Positions 36,570 through 49,816 of a stretch of DNA of 64,000 nt are shown in pieces (the stretch's first letter is position 1; each line of letters begins with the position of its first letter). The notes under the pieces were generated by a model. That model did no database searches and was not told the origin of the DNA. It was given only the letters and a program-made list of their open reading frames with translations. The translations under genes and the position numbers were made by a program. The stretch comes from Azolla caroliniana (lineage: Eukaryota > Plantae > Polypodiophyta): NCBI GenBank assembly GCA_043228905.1, contig JBHGNT010000010.1, positions 11,470,001 through 11,534,000 of the forward strand, written 5' to 3'.

Positions 36570-39500
36570 TGAAAAGAACGGTGTGCGGAAGCAATATAGG
36601 AAACCGAACAACAGAAAACGCAGGTTTAATGGAAAGCTTAGGTTTGCACAATACGCACGGGAGAGACAGAGAGAGAGTAAACACAAGAACTTAATTCAAA
36701 AATAATACTCGATCTGTACATAGGATGTGCTCAGTGAGCACTTTTATACAAGCCCTGACAATCGGGCTAACACAAGTACTGACGGTACTTGACTGCTCAT
36801 AAGTGAGCATCGACACTCACTCCCAAAATTATTCCTTTACGAGGAATATCTCTCTAACGGCCTCTCGTTACACACCGGTTTGCGTACCGGTTTATGCATC
36901 CGTTTTACGCACCGGTCCGGCCTAACCGATCGATCCCAACCAATCCAGTCCTCGGCTTGCTCAGCCGATTCGGCCGATGTTGAGCTTGTCTCTCAACACT
37001 CCCCCTCAAGCTCAACTTGAGGCTCTTCCGGATCTTCCGGATCACCGTTCCGGTTCCTCCTGGCTCCACGCCTCGCTCGCGCTCCTCGGCCTGTTCGACT
37101 CCGCGCGCTCCTTCACAGCTTCCTTGTTGTCGCAGTGTTGGCACTTCTCCTACTACCTTCTTTTCTGCTTGGCCCTCAGTTGATTCAGTATATCTGAATC
37201 AAACATCCGAACCTACTCGGCTACCTCCGATCGGTTTTCGCTCTCATCCGAGTTTGTTGTCTCCAACTCGTCTTCGGTCTTCTCGCCCTTGACGGCGTCA
37301 TCTCCCCCATGCTTGATTGGATTCGGCTTTTTCTTTTGGCTGCTCTCCTTATGTCCGCTTTCAGACTCTTCCGCAGATCCGCCCTCGGCTTCTTTAGCTG
37401 ATCTGAAGTTGAATTCGTCCTCCGACTCGGCATCGCGGTCTTCTCCGCTCCTTTCCTGCTTCCTTCTGTGGTCATTCGGAACGTCTCTCCCCCTCAAGTT
37501 CGGCACATCGAGGTGACGCAACCCAAGCGCAACCGAGAATTGCCGTAACTTGTCCAGACCAAGGGGCTTGGTGAAGATGTCGGCAGTTTGCTGATCGGTC
37601 GAAACATTCTGAAGTTTGACTTCACCAAAAAGGACACGCTCACAGAAAAAATGGTAGTGTACCTCAATGTGCTTGGTCCGTGCGTGGAAAACGGGGTTCT
37701 TCGCGAGTTGGATGATGCTGAGGTTGTCGCAGTAGATCATCGTCGGATCGGACACCTCCTCTTGCAGGTCCTTAAGTAGCTGCTTCAACCATATGGCTTC
37801 GCATGTCGCGACAGCCGCTCCTCGGTACTCAGCTTCGGTGCTCGATAGTGCAACTGTTGGCTGCTTCTTACTGCTCCACGCTATCACGGCACTCCCAAGA
37901 GAGAACACATATCCGAATGTGGATCGGCGATCGGCGGCGTTGCCAGCCCAATCAGCATCAATGTAGCCGACCAACTGCGAGGTTGTACCGGTCCGATACA
38001 ACAGTCCCCGGTCCTTAGTGCCGCTTACGTACCACAGTACGCGTTGCGCACACTGAAGGTGCTCCTCGGTAGGTCGCGCCATGAACTAACTGATCACCCC
38101 GATCGGATAACTGAGATCGGGTCGGGTGATTGTCAAGTAGATAAGGCTTCCAACAATTTGTCGGAACCTCGTCGGGTCGCATACCTTTCCGGAATTGGGG
38201 CGAAGCTTGACAATTCTATCCAGAGGAGTCGAGACGGACTTACAGTCTGCCATCCCGAATTTGAAGAGCATACTCAGCACATAATGGCGTTGGCTGATCA
38301 ATATGCCTTCGGGGGTACGGATCACTTCGATCCCGAGGAAGTAATGAAGATCCCCCAGATCCTTCATGTCGAATGATGCCGCAAGCTGGAACTTGACACG
38401 GTCGATTTCACCCAGGTCGGTGCCGGTGATGACCAAGTCATCAACATAGAGTAAAATGCTAACCGGACCGAGTCGACCTTTCCGGATGAACAAGGAAGAG
38501 TCCGATTTGGACGTTGCAAAGCCCATCCGACGTTGTTGTTGTGTGATCTTCGCGTTCCAAGCACGCGGGGCTTGCTTCAGTCCGTAAAGGGACTTCTTCA
38601 ATTGGCACACCGCCGAAGTGTTCGTTCCGGAGTGAAATCTGGGGGGTTGTACCATGTATACCTGTTCCTCAAGCTCACCTTGCAGGAACGCATTCTTTAC
38701 ATCCATCTGATGTAAGTACCACCCCTCTACCGCAACTACCACAAGCAAAACACGAACGGTCGTCATCTTCGCGACCGGCGCAAACGTCTCATCGTAATCG
38801 ATGACATGTTTCTGCGCGTAGCCTTTCGCTACTAACCAGGCCTTGTATCGGTTGACCGAGCCGTCGGTGTTGTACTTGACCTTGTACACCCACCTACATC
38901 TGATCGGCTTCACACCCTTTGATGCGTCAACCAGGTCCCAGGTCTCGTTTTCCGCCAATGCGTGCATCACTTCCTCCATCGTGGCGCGCCAATTCACGTC
39001 CTTATCCGCTTTTGCGTAGCTCTCCGGCTCACGCACTTCCATTACACGGGTCATGTACGCATAATGATGCGCCATGTACTCGTTGTATCCGAACCGCACA
39101 ACTAGGTTCTTCTGGCGAGTAGATCAACGTAATCGGTCATTAGCTGATGTCGAGGTCTTCTCGGCCGACGCGGACTTCGCACCATCATGGCTTCCCTCGG
39201 AGTCGGACTCGTGTCGATCCGACTCGTTCCTATCCGTGCCGTAATCCGACACCTTATTCTTCCCCTTTTCTTTGCACGTAAGCCATCTCCTCGGCTTCCT
39301 GTGCGGGGAATGCACGGCCGAGTCTCCACTACTCACCGGCTCTTCATCGGACTGGTCGAACCAACTCAGTCGTCCACTTAACCGAAATGAAATCGGACTC
39401 TCTTCACCGGTCCTGATTTCAGGCTCATCCAGAGGCATCTCGGCCTCGCTAACCTCATCGTCAGAACTTGGATTAGAGGTGAGGTCCGGAGTCGGAGGCA

Positions 39501-42257
39501 AGTACCAGGACGCGGACTCATCAAACACAACGTCGCGGCTCACGCGCGCTTGTTTAGTGCGTGGGTTATAACACTTATAACCCTTCTGCTCGTCCGAGTA
39601 ACCGACCAAGATACACTTCTCAGCCTTTGCGTCCAGCTTCTTCCGTTTGTCCTTTGGCACATGTACATACGCAATGCTACCGAAAACTCGTAAGTGTCGC
39701 AAGTTCGACGTCGTTCCGAAATATAGCTCGTGCACCGACACTTTTTCTCCAATCCGATTCTAGATGTATACAGCGGTCCTTACCGCCTCGGCCCAATAGA
39801 ACTTGGGCAAGCTCTTTTCTTCCAGTATTGCCCGTGCCGCTTCCACAACCGACCGATTTTTCCTCTCGGCCACGCCATTTTGCTCCGGCGTATATCTACA
39901 ACTGAATTCGCGCCGAATTCCCATCTGTTGTAGATAACCGTTGAATTGACCGGAAAAGTATTCTTTTCCGCCATCTGACCGCGAGCACTTGATCTTTCTT
40001 CCTATTTCCGTTTGCACGAACCCTCTGAGGTCCCGGAAACAGTCGAAGACTTTGCTCTTCCTTTCGATGAGGTAGATCCATGTGTGCCCTCATGTAGTCG
40101 TCGATGAAGGAGACGAAATATCGGCTCCCGCCAAGACTAACATTTTGTGTCGGCCCCCACTCATCGGAGTGTATCACGTCGAGCTTGTTTGGGCTCCGGT
40201 TACGCTCGTTGGGGAAGGGAAGTCGGTGTTGCTTCCCAAGCTGGCAGGCTTCACAAATTTGTGCCTTCAGGCCACTAAATTTGGGCAATCCGAACACCAC
40301 TTGTTTCGATTTCAGGTCTTGAAGCCACTGGTAGTTGACGTGGCCTACCCACTTGTGCCATAAGTCGATGTCCGACTTGACTTTTTGTCCCTTCGCGAAT
40401 ATTGTGGTGCCACTGTCAGTAGAGTCGAGGATGAACATCCTCCCATCTCTGTGCCCTTGCGCAATAATACGGCCTTCTTCCTCAATGAAGCACCCGAGGT
40501 GTGTAAACCGAACCTGCATTCCCTGGTCGACAATCTGCCTGACCGACACCAGATTCTTCGTAATGGTCGGGACGTGTAACACATTTAGAAATTTCCCTTT
40601 CTGCCCGACATGGCTCAAGGGAACTTCACCGACATTCGCGGTCGGATGCGGAGTGTCGTCTCCGGTTGCGACTACTCCTGCTTGCGTCGGTTTCTCAAGG
40701 TATGAGAACCACTCCTTGTGGCACGTCATGTGGTTTGACACGCCGCAGTCGATGTACCACACCTCCTCCGACTTCAGGGTGATCTTCTTCATTGAGTTTG
40801 CTTCGTGTTTCGTCATGAAGAATGACCCTTTTCCGGCTTTTCCGGATCCTTCGGCGTAGTGCGATTGTTGTCGTTTCCTTTGTCGGTATGTCCGGAACCG
40901 GTCCTCTCCGACTCGACACACTTTTTCCAGCACTCGCTCTCCCTGTGGCCTTTCTTGCCACAGTACCAGCATTGCGCGGCGGATTTCCCTTGCCGGTTCT
41001 CGTTGCCTCGACTCCCCCTATTTCCGGAGGGTCTGGAGTTGTTGTCGGCATCACTTCGGTGCCTTCTTCCTTGATCCCGTCGGCCGCCTCCATTGCACAC
41101 TGAATCGCCTCGTCCGCCACGACCACGGGGCCTCTCTCCCTCCGTGTACAACATCTTGCTATCGGCATGCGTGCTTGTCGACGCACCCGCGTGGTTCTCC
41201 TCTATAAGGAGCATCGACTGTAAGTCGAAAAACGACGGCATATTCTCCCGTGTACACACAGCAATTCGGAACGCTCCGAACTTTGACGCCAAACCCCGAG
41301 ACAGACCTGGACCATCTCGCTTTCCTCGATGTTCACATCGATGGAAGCTAAGGAGTCGCATATGTCCTTGATCTTCGAGGTATAGTCAGCCACTGACAAA
41401 TTACGTTGTCGTAGGTTGCTCAACTCCTATCGAAGCTGAAGCTTCATGGTTGTGGTGCTCGTGGCGAAGATCTTCTTCAAATTTTCCCATGCACCCTTTG
41501 GCATTTTTGCATCCCGAATGTAGCTTAACAACTGTTCGCCCACACAAGACGTGAAACAGTACAGCACTCTGCTCGCCGATTGTTCCCACGCCGAGAAGTC
41601 TTTGTGTGTCGAATCGGGTGTTGTGTCATTTGCTCCATTAACCGTGTCCGAGCAGGTACTGGTGCATCTTGTAGGACCAAGATGTGTAGTTGGTTCTGTC
41701 GAGCTTCTCTGTTGGAAGCGAGCTAGCCATTCCTCTGTCCATCGGTTTTCTTGTTCTTCTTCGTTGGTTTTTCCTTCAACCAAAGTCAGTTGCAGAGTTT
41801 CTCAACCCTCGCGCTCTGATACCATGAAAAGAATGGCGTGCGGAAGCAATATAGGAAACCGAACAACAGAAAACGCAGGTTTAATGGAAAGCTTAGGTTT
41901 GCACAATACGCACGGGAGAGACAGAGAGAGAGAGAGTAAACACAAGAACTTAATTCAAAAATAATACTCGATCTGTACATAGGATGTGCTCAGTGAGCAC
42001 TTTTATACAAGCCCTGACAATCGGGCTGACACAAGGAAACAATACTTGATTGCTCATAAGTTAGCATCGACACTCACTCCAAAAATTATTCCTTTACGAG
42101 GAATATCTCTCTAACGGCCTTTCGGTTTACGCACCGGTTTGCGTACCGGTTTACGCATCCGTTTTACGCATCTGTCCGGCCTAACCGATCGATCACAACC
42201 GATCCGATCCTCGGCTTGGTCAACCGATTCGGCCGATGTTGAGCTTGTCTCTCAACA
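36570..42257 (-). mobile_element. Full-length Copia element C3
   Basis: LTRs 36570-36998 and 41825-42257, TSD GGAAC, iMet PBS 41813-41824 abutting the LTR, PPT about 36999-37010; gag (CWYCGKKGH), PR, INT, RT (YVDD; 38086-39099), RH (37213-38082). Confidence 0.95.
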
Positions 42258-42787
42258 GGAACCAACAAAAAATAGTTGGTAAGAAGGTATCCTTCAAAGA
42301 TGACAGCGTTGTTATAGAAGGACTGACCCAATGGGCTGAATCGGAGACTCGACAAATAGTCGAACGCCAACAAACTGCCATCTTCCCTACTGACAACGTC
42401 GAACTCAAAGACCAAGCAATCAAAGACACAGCCGAATCGATAAGAGTCGACAAAGGCAGAGTCATAATTGAGTCGACAACAACCACAAGGGAGAACAACT
42501 AGACACCGCCGAAATCCCAAACCGAGGGCGGGACACTTAACAAGACTCCTGACACAACTGGTTCAACAAATACCGATCGAAGAATCCGAACTAGATATTA
42601 TGACACCTAGGAGATTTGGACGAGCTTGAAGGCAAACAGAGTTTTATCAACCGGGCCTTGACTATGTCCACTACATGGATGCAGGTGAACCACGCACGCA
42701 TGATGAAGCTATGGCCGCAACAGACCCTGAAACATGGTTGCAGGCCATGAAATCCGAAATGGACTCGATTCATTAGAATCAAACATG

Positions 42788-43020
42788 GGCGTTGAACCAA
42801 TTTGGTTCAACATAATGCCTAGTGCCTTCTTTTATAGTGTTGTCAGGAGTAATCCTGAAACTTCTAGAATGTTCCAGAGAAATCCGGAATATACATTACT
42901 TTCTTATAATAAAACATAAATGAAAATAATATCCTGTGAATTACAATAGATGGTGTGATGGTTAAGAGCTCGACCCATATACCATAAGGTCATGGGTTCG
43001 AGTCTTGCCATATCCTAACA
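42788..43020 (-). repeat. Inverted partial copy (233 bp) of the LTR at 43542-43985
   Basis: Near-identical reverse complement of 43542-43774. Confidence 0.9.
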
Positions 43021-43541
43021 CGAAGCATTGTTCTGGGAGTGGCTTCGTTAGGCAATCGACGATGTTCACCTTGGTGTCGATCTTCCGGACTTAGAGTTTC
43101 TTCTCGGTCACGAGCTCTTGGATATGATGATACCGCAGCTCAATGTGCTTCGTCTTCGCATGGTAGATGGGATTGCTGATGAGGTGTATTGCGCTCTGTG
43201 AGTCGCAATAGATAGTCGGCGTTGGTCGACTTAAGCACGAAAGCCCACAACTTTTTGCTGTAGTCGTCAATGAATGCCACAAAGTATTGTCCCCCTTGAT
43301 GCGATGGAGCATCTACGTAGCACAGATCTGTGTGTTCTAGTTCCAGTGTAGCTTCTCTTCTCCTTGGTGTTCTCGTGTGGAATGCAACTTTGTTTTGCTT
43401 TCCAACTAGGCAGTCAACACACTTCTCCAGGTGCACTCCTTTCACTTCTAGGAGAAGCTTATGATCAACTAGGATGTCCATCCCCTTTTCACTCATGTGG
43501 CCCAACCTATTATGCCATAACTCACCTCTTGAGTCGGCTAC
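43021..43541 (-). pseudogene. Inverted Copia fragments (RNase H 43021 to about 43230; pre-integrase/integrase about 43232-43541)
   Basis: YCDSQSAIHL..NP.YHAKTKHIE and GHMSEKG...CVDCL.GKQ...FIDDYS motifs. Confidence 0.85.
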
Positions 43542-43985
43542 TGTCAGGATATGGCAAGACTCAAACCCATGACCTTATGGTATATGGGTCGAGCTCTTAA
43601 CCATCACACCATCTATTGTAATTCACAGGATATTATTTTCATTTATGTTTTATTATAAGAAAGTAATGTATATTCCGGATTTCTCTGGAACATTCTAGAA
43701 GTTTCAGGATTACTCCTGACAACACTATAAAAGAAGGCACTAGGCATTATGTTGAACCAAATCAGTTCAACGCCAGTCTTAAGCCTCTTAGCCGCTTGTA
43801 CTTATCTTTTCATATAATATATTAGCTGTTGTCATCATTTTTCTCTCTCTTTCATCCTCGCTATCTCTCTCTCTCCTCCTCTCACTTCCTCTCTCGGGAA
43901 TCTTACGCAGTTCCGTCCTCTTAGTACTAATAGTACTGCTCTTCTTAGTACTAATTCCATCTCTGCTTTAGTACTATTGTTGACA
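43542..43985 (+). repeat. LTR (TGTCA...TGACA), related to the chromovirus LTR at 12562-12938
   Basis: Terminal inverted TGTCA/TGACA, TATA at about 43726, CT-rich tract, followed by CTTCG and resumption of the C2 RNase H end. Confidence 0.82.
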
Positions 43986-44687
43986 CTTCGGAACGCTAAG
44001 CACGAAGATGGGGCTATGATAAGCAGCTGAGCAGAAGAAAGTCGAACGAGGAGCAAAAGGTAAGAGCTGACCGACACTCATACTATACCTTTGCCGACTC
44101 GGCTACTTTCCGATAGACTTGTAACATAAGATCTAGTTAAATTTGTAATCTAGGTTTACGGGGGAGATAACCCCAAGCACTTGTACATGCAAGAAAGAGT
44201 AGTCCTTTTACAGGGGAGTTTGTTGGCATAAAAGGCTGATTCCTTCCGAATTGTATCCGTCCGAGTGTGAACTCGTTAATAAGTTAGGGCTTAGTATATA
44301 GGCGAATACCTAACATTGTAATGAGTGATGACGAGCAGACTATTGTATCTCTGAGAAAGAACAAAGTAATAAAAAGCTTTCCATTAAAGCTCCATTTGTG
44401 TAAGTCTCCACGCCTATTCTATTTTCTGTATGTGTTGTTTGTTGTCCAGTACCAACTACAGATCCATATACGTTTCCGCACATAGCACTCGTACCCACAC
44501 ATGCTCTATTGTAGATTCACATGCATGCAACAAGTATGCATGCCGTGTAGTATAAATAGTTGGGTTCACCTTGAAGGAATTCAAGGTGAACAACACCAAT
44601 TATTGAGTCTTTCAGTTAATACTACTCATACATTTGGTTGGTTATCTTCTTTCTTCTCTCTTGGGCTTATGATCTATCCATGACAGT

Positions 44688-44698
44688 TTGTTCACCTT
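44688..44698 (+). promoter_or_regulatory. Putative self-priming primer-binding site
   Basis: TTGTTCACCTT just after the LTR end is the exact complement of AAGGTGAACAA (44583-44593), 32 nt after the start of TATAAATA (44551). Confidence 0.75.
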
Positions 44699-47600
44699 CC
44701 CATCCTCATAGCTCTCCCTCTCATAAGCCGTAACTATGTCCGACTCAACCAGTGACTTAAGCTAGATAATGGTAGCCTTACAACAACTCCAGCTTGAAAA
44801 TGAAGCTCTTTGAAATTCTTTACAAGAACTTCAAGTCGGTACCTCCCTATCCTCACAACCCCTGAAGCCTAGTCTCCCACCGCAACCTAGCCTAGAGCCC
44901 GATCTTCTACAAACATCTGGCCTAGCTTCTTCACATTTTCTTGAGCCTAAGGTTAGCCTCCCAGAAAAATTTGATGGAACGAGGTCGCATTTTCGAGGGT
45001 TCATCAACCAAATTTGACTTATCATTCGGCTACAACCTCAACGTTATGCAGATGGTCTTCGACAAGTCGGCCTTGTGGGCACCCATCTCTCCGGTTCGGC
45101 CCAAGCTTGAGTTGCACCATTGGTAGAAACTTCTTCACCTCTATTGGAGGAATTTCCTGCCTTCCTCGCCAAGTTAGAGGCCATATTTGGAGAGACGGAC
45201 CGGCAACGTACAACCCTTAACGAGCTTTATGCACTCGAACAAGGTTCGCGTGAAGCTTTTGTCTATGCTTCTGAATTTTGACAACTAGCATGCGACGTCA
45301 ATTGGGATGATCAAGCTTTAGCTGATCACTTTCGGCGGGGCCTTCGAAACAATGTCAAGAATCTTCTCTTGAACTTTCCGGAGCCCACCTTGTTATCCCA
45401 AGCGATTTCACAAGCAATCCATTGTGACAATCGTCTTTTCGAAATTCGCCAGGAAGAGCGTCGAACTTGGGTTCCACCTCATTCACTTCCATGACACGCC
45501 CCAGTCGTACAACCCCGGGTATCCCTCCCACCGACTGTGCCACACTCCCCTACTTTGGCAGATGCTCCCGTCCCCATGGAAATTGATCAAGCTCGATTTC
45601 AGCAATTGACTGATGCCGAACGACAATTTCGGTGGGCTAATGGCTCGTGCCTGTATTGTGGTGCCTCCGGTCATGTCATTCGGCATTGTCCTAGGAGTAA
45701 TCGCCCACAATTCCATCGAGCTAGTAGACCCCAACATCTGGAAAACGACATCGTTCAGTTGCAGTAGGAGCCATGCAACTGGACATCTCCCATCACCCAC
45801 ATTCTCTTGGTTCCATTGGTGGACCGTCAAGGCAATTTCACATTGGAGGTATGGCTTTCATTTAACTCTAGTTCCATTCAGTCTGTTGCGTTACTTGATT
45901 CTGGGGCATCTTCTTGCTTCATCGACGTCACGTTTGCCCAAGCACATGGCGTACCCATTGTTTGGCTCTCAAAACCCATTCCCGTTGAAGCCATCGATGG
46001 GCGCGTCCTCTCGTCAGGCGCACTTCCCGCGCAATTACTCAAGCTACGATCCCATTAGGGCTTCGTGTGGGCTCACACCAGGAGGAGCTCACCTTTTACC
46101 TCATCGCATCTCCTCGACATCCGATCGTCTTAGGACTAACGTGGTTGGAGGCGCACAATCCAATAGTGGATTGGTGAAACCGCTCAATCACATTTAGCGA
46201 GCCAGGATGCTCACGCAAAACTATGAAAGCCAATACAGTTTCCCATCCTTCGGAGAAGATCGATTCTAACTCGGCTACCCCACCATCGGTCTAGGATGGG
46301 GTTGTTTGTGGCACCGTTTCTAACACACTCCATGTTATTCCTAACAAATACCAACACTTCTCCGACGTATTTGAAAATGTAATGTTGATTTTTTGTCGGA
46401 ACACCGGCTCTACTACTGTCTGATTGATCTTCAAGAAGGTGCGTGTTCACCCTTTGGTCCTCTATATGTGTTGTCTGCACCAGAGTTGAAGTCCCTTCCT
46501 GTGTATCTCGATGAGAACCTCAAGAAAGGATTTATTCAACCTTCTAAGTCGCCGGCCGGGGCCCCTATTTTATTCATGAAGAAGGATGGCTCTCTACGCT
46601 TATGCGTCGACTACCGAGGTCTCAACAAACTCATTGTGCGCAACCGCTATCCGCTACCTCTAATACCTGAATTCCTTGATCAACTCCGAGTTGTGCGTGT
46701 GTTCTCCAAAGTTGATCTACGTGGAGCGTACAATCTAGTACGCATCAAACCGGGGGATTAATGGAAAACCGCATTCCGAACACGGTATGGGCATTTCGAA
46801 TACAAGGTAATGCCTTTTGGTCTTACTAACGCCCCAACAGTTTTTCAACATATGATGAACGATATATTCCGGGAATATCTCGATCATTTTGTTGTCATTT
46901 ACCTCGATGATATTCTCATTTTCTTGCCAAACATGGAGGAGCACACTTGCCAAGTCCGATTAGTTCTTGCCAAACTTCGCGAGCATGGACTTTATGCTAA
47001 AGGAGAGAAATGCGAGTTCAACCGTACCTCGATCGAATTTCTGGGTTGCATCATCTCGCCCACTGGCATCACCATGGATATGAAGAAGGTCTCTGTCATT
47101 CGGGCGTGGGTGACTCCAAGGCGACTTAAAGATGTGCAATCTTTCCTCGGCTTCACGAATTTTTATTGTCGCTTCATCAAGGGGTTTTCCATCCTAGCAC
47201 AACCTCTTATCGCCCTCACCCGTAAAGGTAATCCTTTTTTATGGACCTCGGAGGCAAAAAATGCGTTCGACTCACTCAAACACTCATTCATCATTGCCCT
47301 GGTGCTGCTACATGTTGACCCCACAAAACCCTTCCAAGTCGAAACCGATGCCTCTGACTTCGCCATTGGCGCCATCTTATCCCAGGCAGACAACAACAAC
47401 CTAATGCACCCAATGGCTTACTACTCCCAGAAAGTCACAGCCTCCGAAATCAATTATCCCATATACGACAAGTAGCTTGCTGCTATCATTGCTGTCTTTG
47501 AAGAATGGCGACCCTACTTGGCCAGCGCACAACATCGTGTCCAGGTAGTGACTGATCATAAAAAATTAGTTTATTTTTCCACCACTCGTACTTTGAATTG

Positions 47601-49024
47601 AAGGCAGGCCCGTTGGTCGGCATGGTTTTGAGATCGTATTTCGACCTGGTGGTCAACATGGGAAGGTCGATGCACTTTCTCGTTGACCTGACCTTGCACT
47701 CCACCCTGGGGATGTTGCTTATGCTCAACAATCTAGACGTTTGTTGAAACCCGACCAATTGCATCTTTTTGCCACTTGTATGTTGCAGGATGATTCATTA
47801 CTCCAACAAATCACTGATGCATCCACGACCAATGCGTTAGCCAACGAGATTCGAGATAGTCTGCAAAACCCCTCCAAGGCGACCAAAAGGAAGGGTCTTG
47901 ACATCTTCACCATACAAGAGGGTTTGCTATTCCGAGATCATCTCTTATACGTCCCAGAGGGCCCATGTTGCACCCGGGTGTTGCAAGAATGCCACGATGA
48001 CCCACTTGCAAGTCATTTTGGGGTTGCGAAAACCCTCGAGCTAATCTCTCGGGGGTACTAGTGGCCACAACCATGGAAGTTGGTCAAGGAATACATCAAG
48101 AGTTGTGAGGTTTGTGCTCACTCCAAAGCCGCTCATCATCGGTCATACGGCTTACTCCAGTCGCTTCCATGCCCCCGTCGTCCCTAGGCCTCTATCTCTA
48201 TGGACCTGATAACTGATCTACCCTTGGTCAATAGCTATGACTCAGTGTTGATCGTTGTTGATCGGTTTACGAAGATGGCTCACTTCACTCCATTCTCCAA
48301 AACCATTTCCGGAGAAGGAATGGTGCATCTACTACTCAACAATGTGGTACGCTTGCATGGACTCCCCCCGATGATGTCATCTCCGATCGCGAACCCCAGT
48401 TTGTCTCTCACTTCCGGCAGCGCGTGCTCCAAACTTTAGGCATCTCTGTCAAGTTGTCCTCCGCGTATCACCCCCAAACTGACGTGCAGATGGAGCGCGT
48501 CAACCAAATCCTTGAGCAGTATCTTCGATGCTCGATTAGTTACCAACAAGATGATTGGGTCAACTTACTTTTACTCGCGGAATTCGCCTACAATAATTCT
48601 CTCCATGCATCGATTGGCGTCACTCCCTTCTTTGCAAACTATGGTTTACATCCTTGCTTCAACATTTCCCTTCTTACCACTTCCGTGAACCCTTCAACGG
48701 AGGATCGCACACACATTTTAGAAGAGCAACGGGTATTTAACAACATATAAGGAGGAGAACAATAGCTCTAAATGGTCTGGTTCTTATCCCCAAAGAGGAC
48801 TCTTTTGTAATGGTCTAAGTCGACAATTAATTGTAATGTGTGGCGTAAAATTTGAATACCCATACCCATACTCTCTATGTATGACAACCCACATTCTACG
48901 TATCAATCAATAAATGGGCAAGGCGATCGGAGCCGGAGGCCGACGACGAGTGGTGTGATGGATGCAATGAGTGGCGATGTGAGAACCCCCCCAATCCATG
49001 AGGAGGAGGCGCCGTTATTGAAAG

Positions 49025-49100
49025 ATGTATGTAATGTATGTATAATGTATGTATAATGTATGTATAATGTATGTATGTATGTATGTATGTATGTATGTGT
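49025..49100. repeat. (ATGT)n microsatellite upstream of SECE1
   Basis: Direct reading of the sequence. Confidence 0.9.
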
Positions 49101-49183
49101 AGACTTGGACAGATTATCCATCCATCCATCCATAAAGGTAACGAGCGCATCATACACAAACAAGCGCACGATCTGAAGCTGCT

Positions 49184-49816
49184 ATGGCCATGGCGTCCTT
49201 CGTGAGGACGACAATCACAATCACAATCACAAGGTCTGTGAATCCCCTGCCATCTCTACCTTCCTCCTCCTCCTCCTCCTCCTCCTGCAGAGCAACCGCT
49301 CTTCTTCTGTCCAGAAAACCGCACTCTCGTTATCCTCACCATGTCAGAGCCCTCATCCATACACCACGGAGGCCCAAGAAACAACCTGCGTCTGTCTCAT
49401 GCCAAGCTGTTGATGGGAATTCTACGAGATCTCCATCACGGGAAGGATCAGAAGATATGATTGATGTCGAGGGAGAGGATTCTACGACGTCTTCTTCAGA
49501 CCTGATTTCTGCTTCTTCAGAGCAGATTGAAGCACAAGAGAGCCTTGGCCGAGCTCTGAACGAGCTGAGGAAAGAGAAGGCGGAGAAGGAAGGAAAAGAG
49601 AATCCATCAAAGACTGAAGAATTCTGGCTAGGAGTGTTGGAAGAGACGAGGTTGATTGAGTGGCCATCTCTGCAGAGAGTCCTGAGCACAACAGGTGTGG
49701 TTCTGAGCATCATATTTGGATCCTCTCTCGTACTGCTCACTGTTAATGCCTTGCTCGCTGAGCTCTCGGATGTGGTCTTTAAGAACACCTCAGTTCTTCC
49801 ATCTCCTCCTCTGTAA
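49184..49816 (+). CDS. SECE1: Chloroplast (thylakoid) preprotein translocase subunit SecE, single coding exon
   Basis: Ser/Thr/Arg-rich transit peptide, acidic linker, SecE signature EFW.GV.EE...IEWP and a single TM segment (TTGVVLSIIFGSSLVLLTVNALLAELSD) recognisable as plant SECE1. Confidence 0.92.
   Translation: MAMASFVRTTITITITRSVNPLPSLPSSSSSSSSCRATALLLSRKPHSRYPHHVRALIHTPRRPKKQPASVSCQAVDGNSTRSPSREGSEDMIDVEGEDSTTSSSDLISASSEQIEAQESLGRALNELRKEKAEKEGKENPSKTEEFWLGVLEETRLIEWPSLQRVLSTTGVVLSIIFGSSLVLLTVNALLAELSDVVFKNTSVLPSPPL

Larger units (their letters stand above)
24016..44499 (+). mobile_element. Copia element C2, host of several nested insertions; RT largely deleted or rearranged
   Basis: 279-bp LTRs at 24016-24294 and 44221-44499, TSD CATGC, PBS TGGTATCAAAGC 24297-24308, PPT about 44212-44218; coding pieces at 24395-24747, 33972-34633, 35355-36569, 42258-42787 and 43986-44019. 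Confidence 0.92.
23842..48720 (+). mobile_element. Chromovirus-type (Tcn1-like) Gypsy; 5' LTR (23842-24015 plus 44505-44685) split by Copia C2; gag-pol about 44770-48720, 3'-truncated
   Basis: TGTCA...TGACA LTR termini; gag PEKFDG motif and CLYCG..GH knuckle; ALLDSGA; YLDDILI; ETDASDFAIG; integrase VVDRFTKMAHF and SSAYHPQTD; homologous to the minus-strand chromovirus. Confidence 0.85.
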
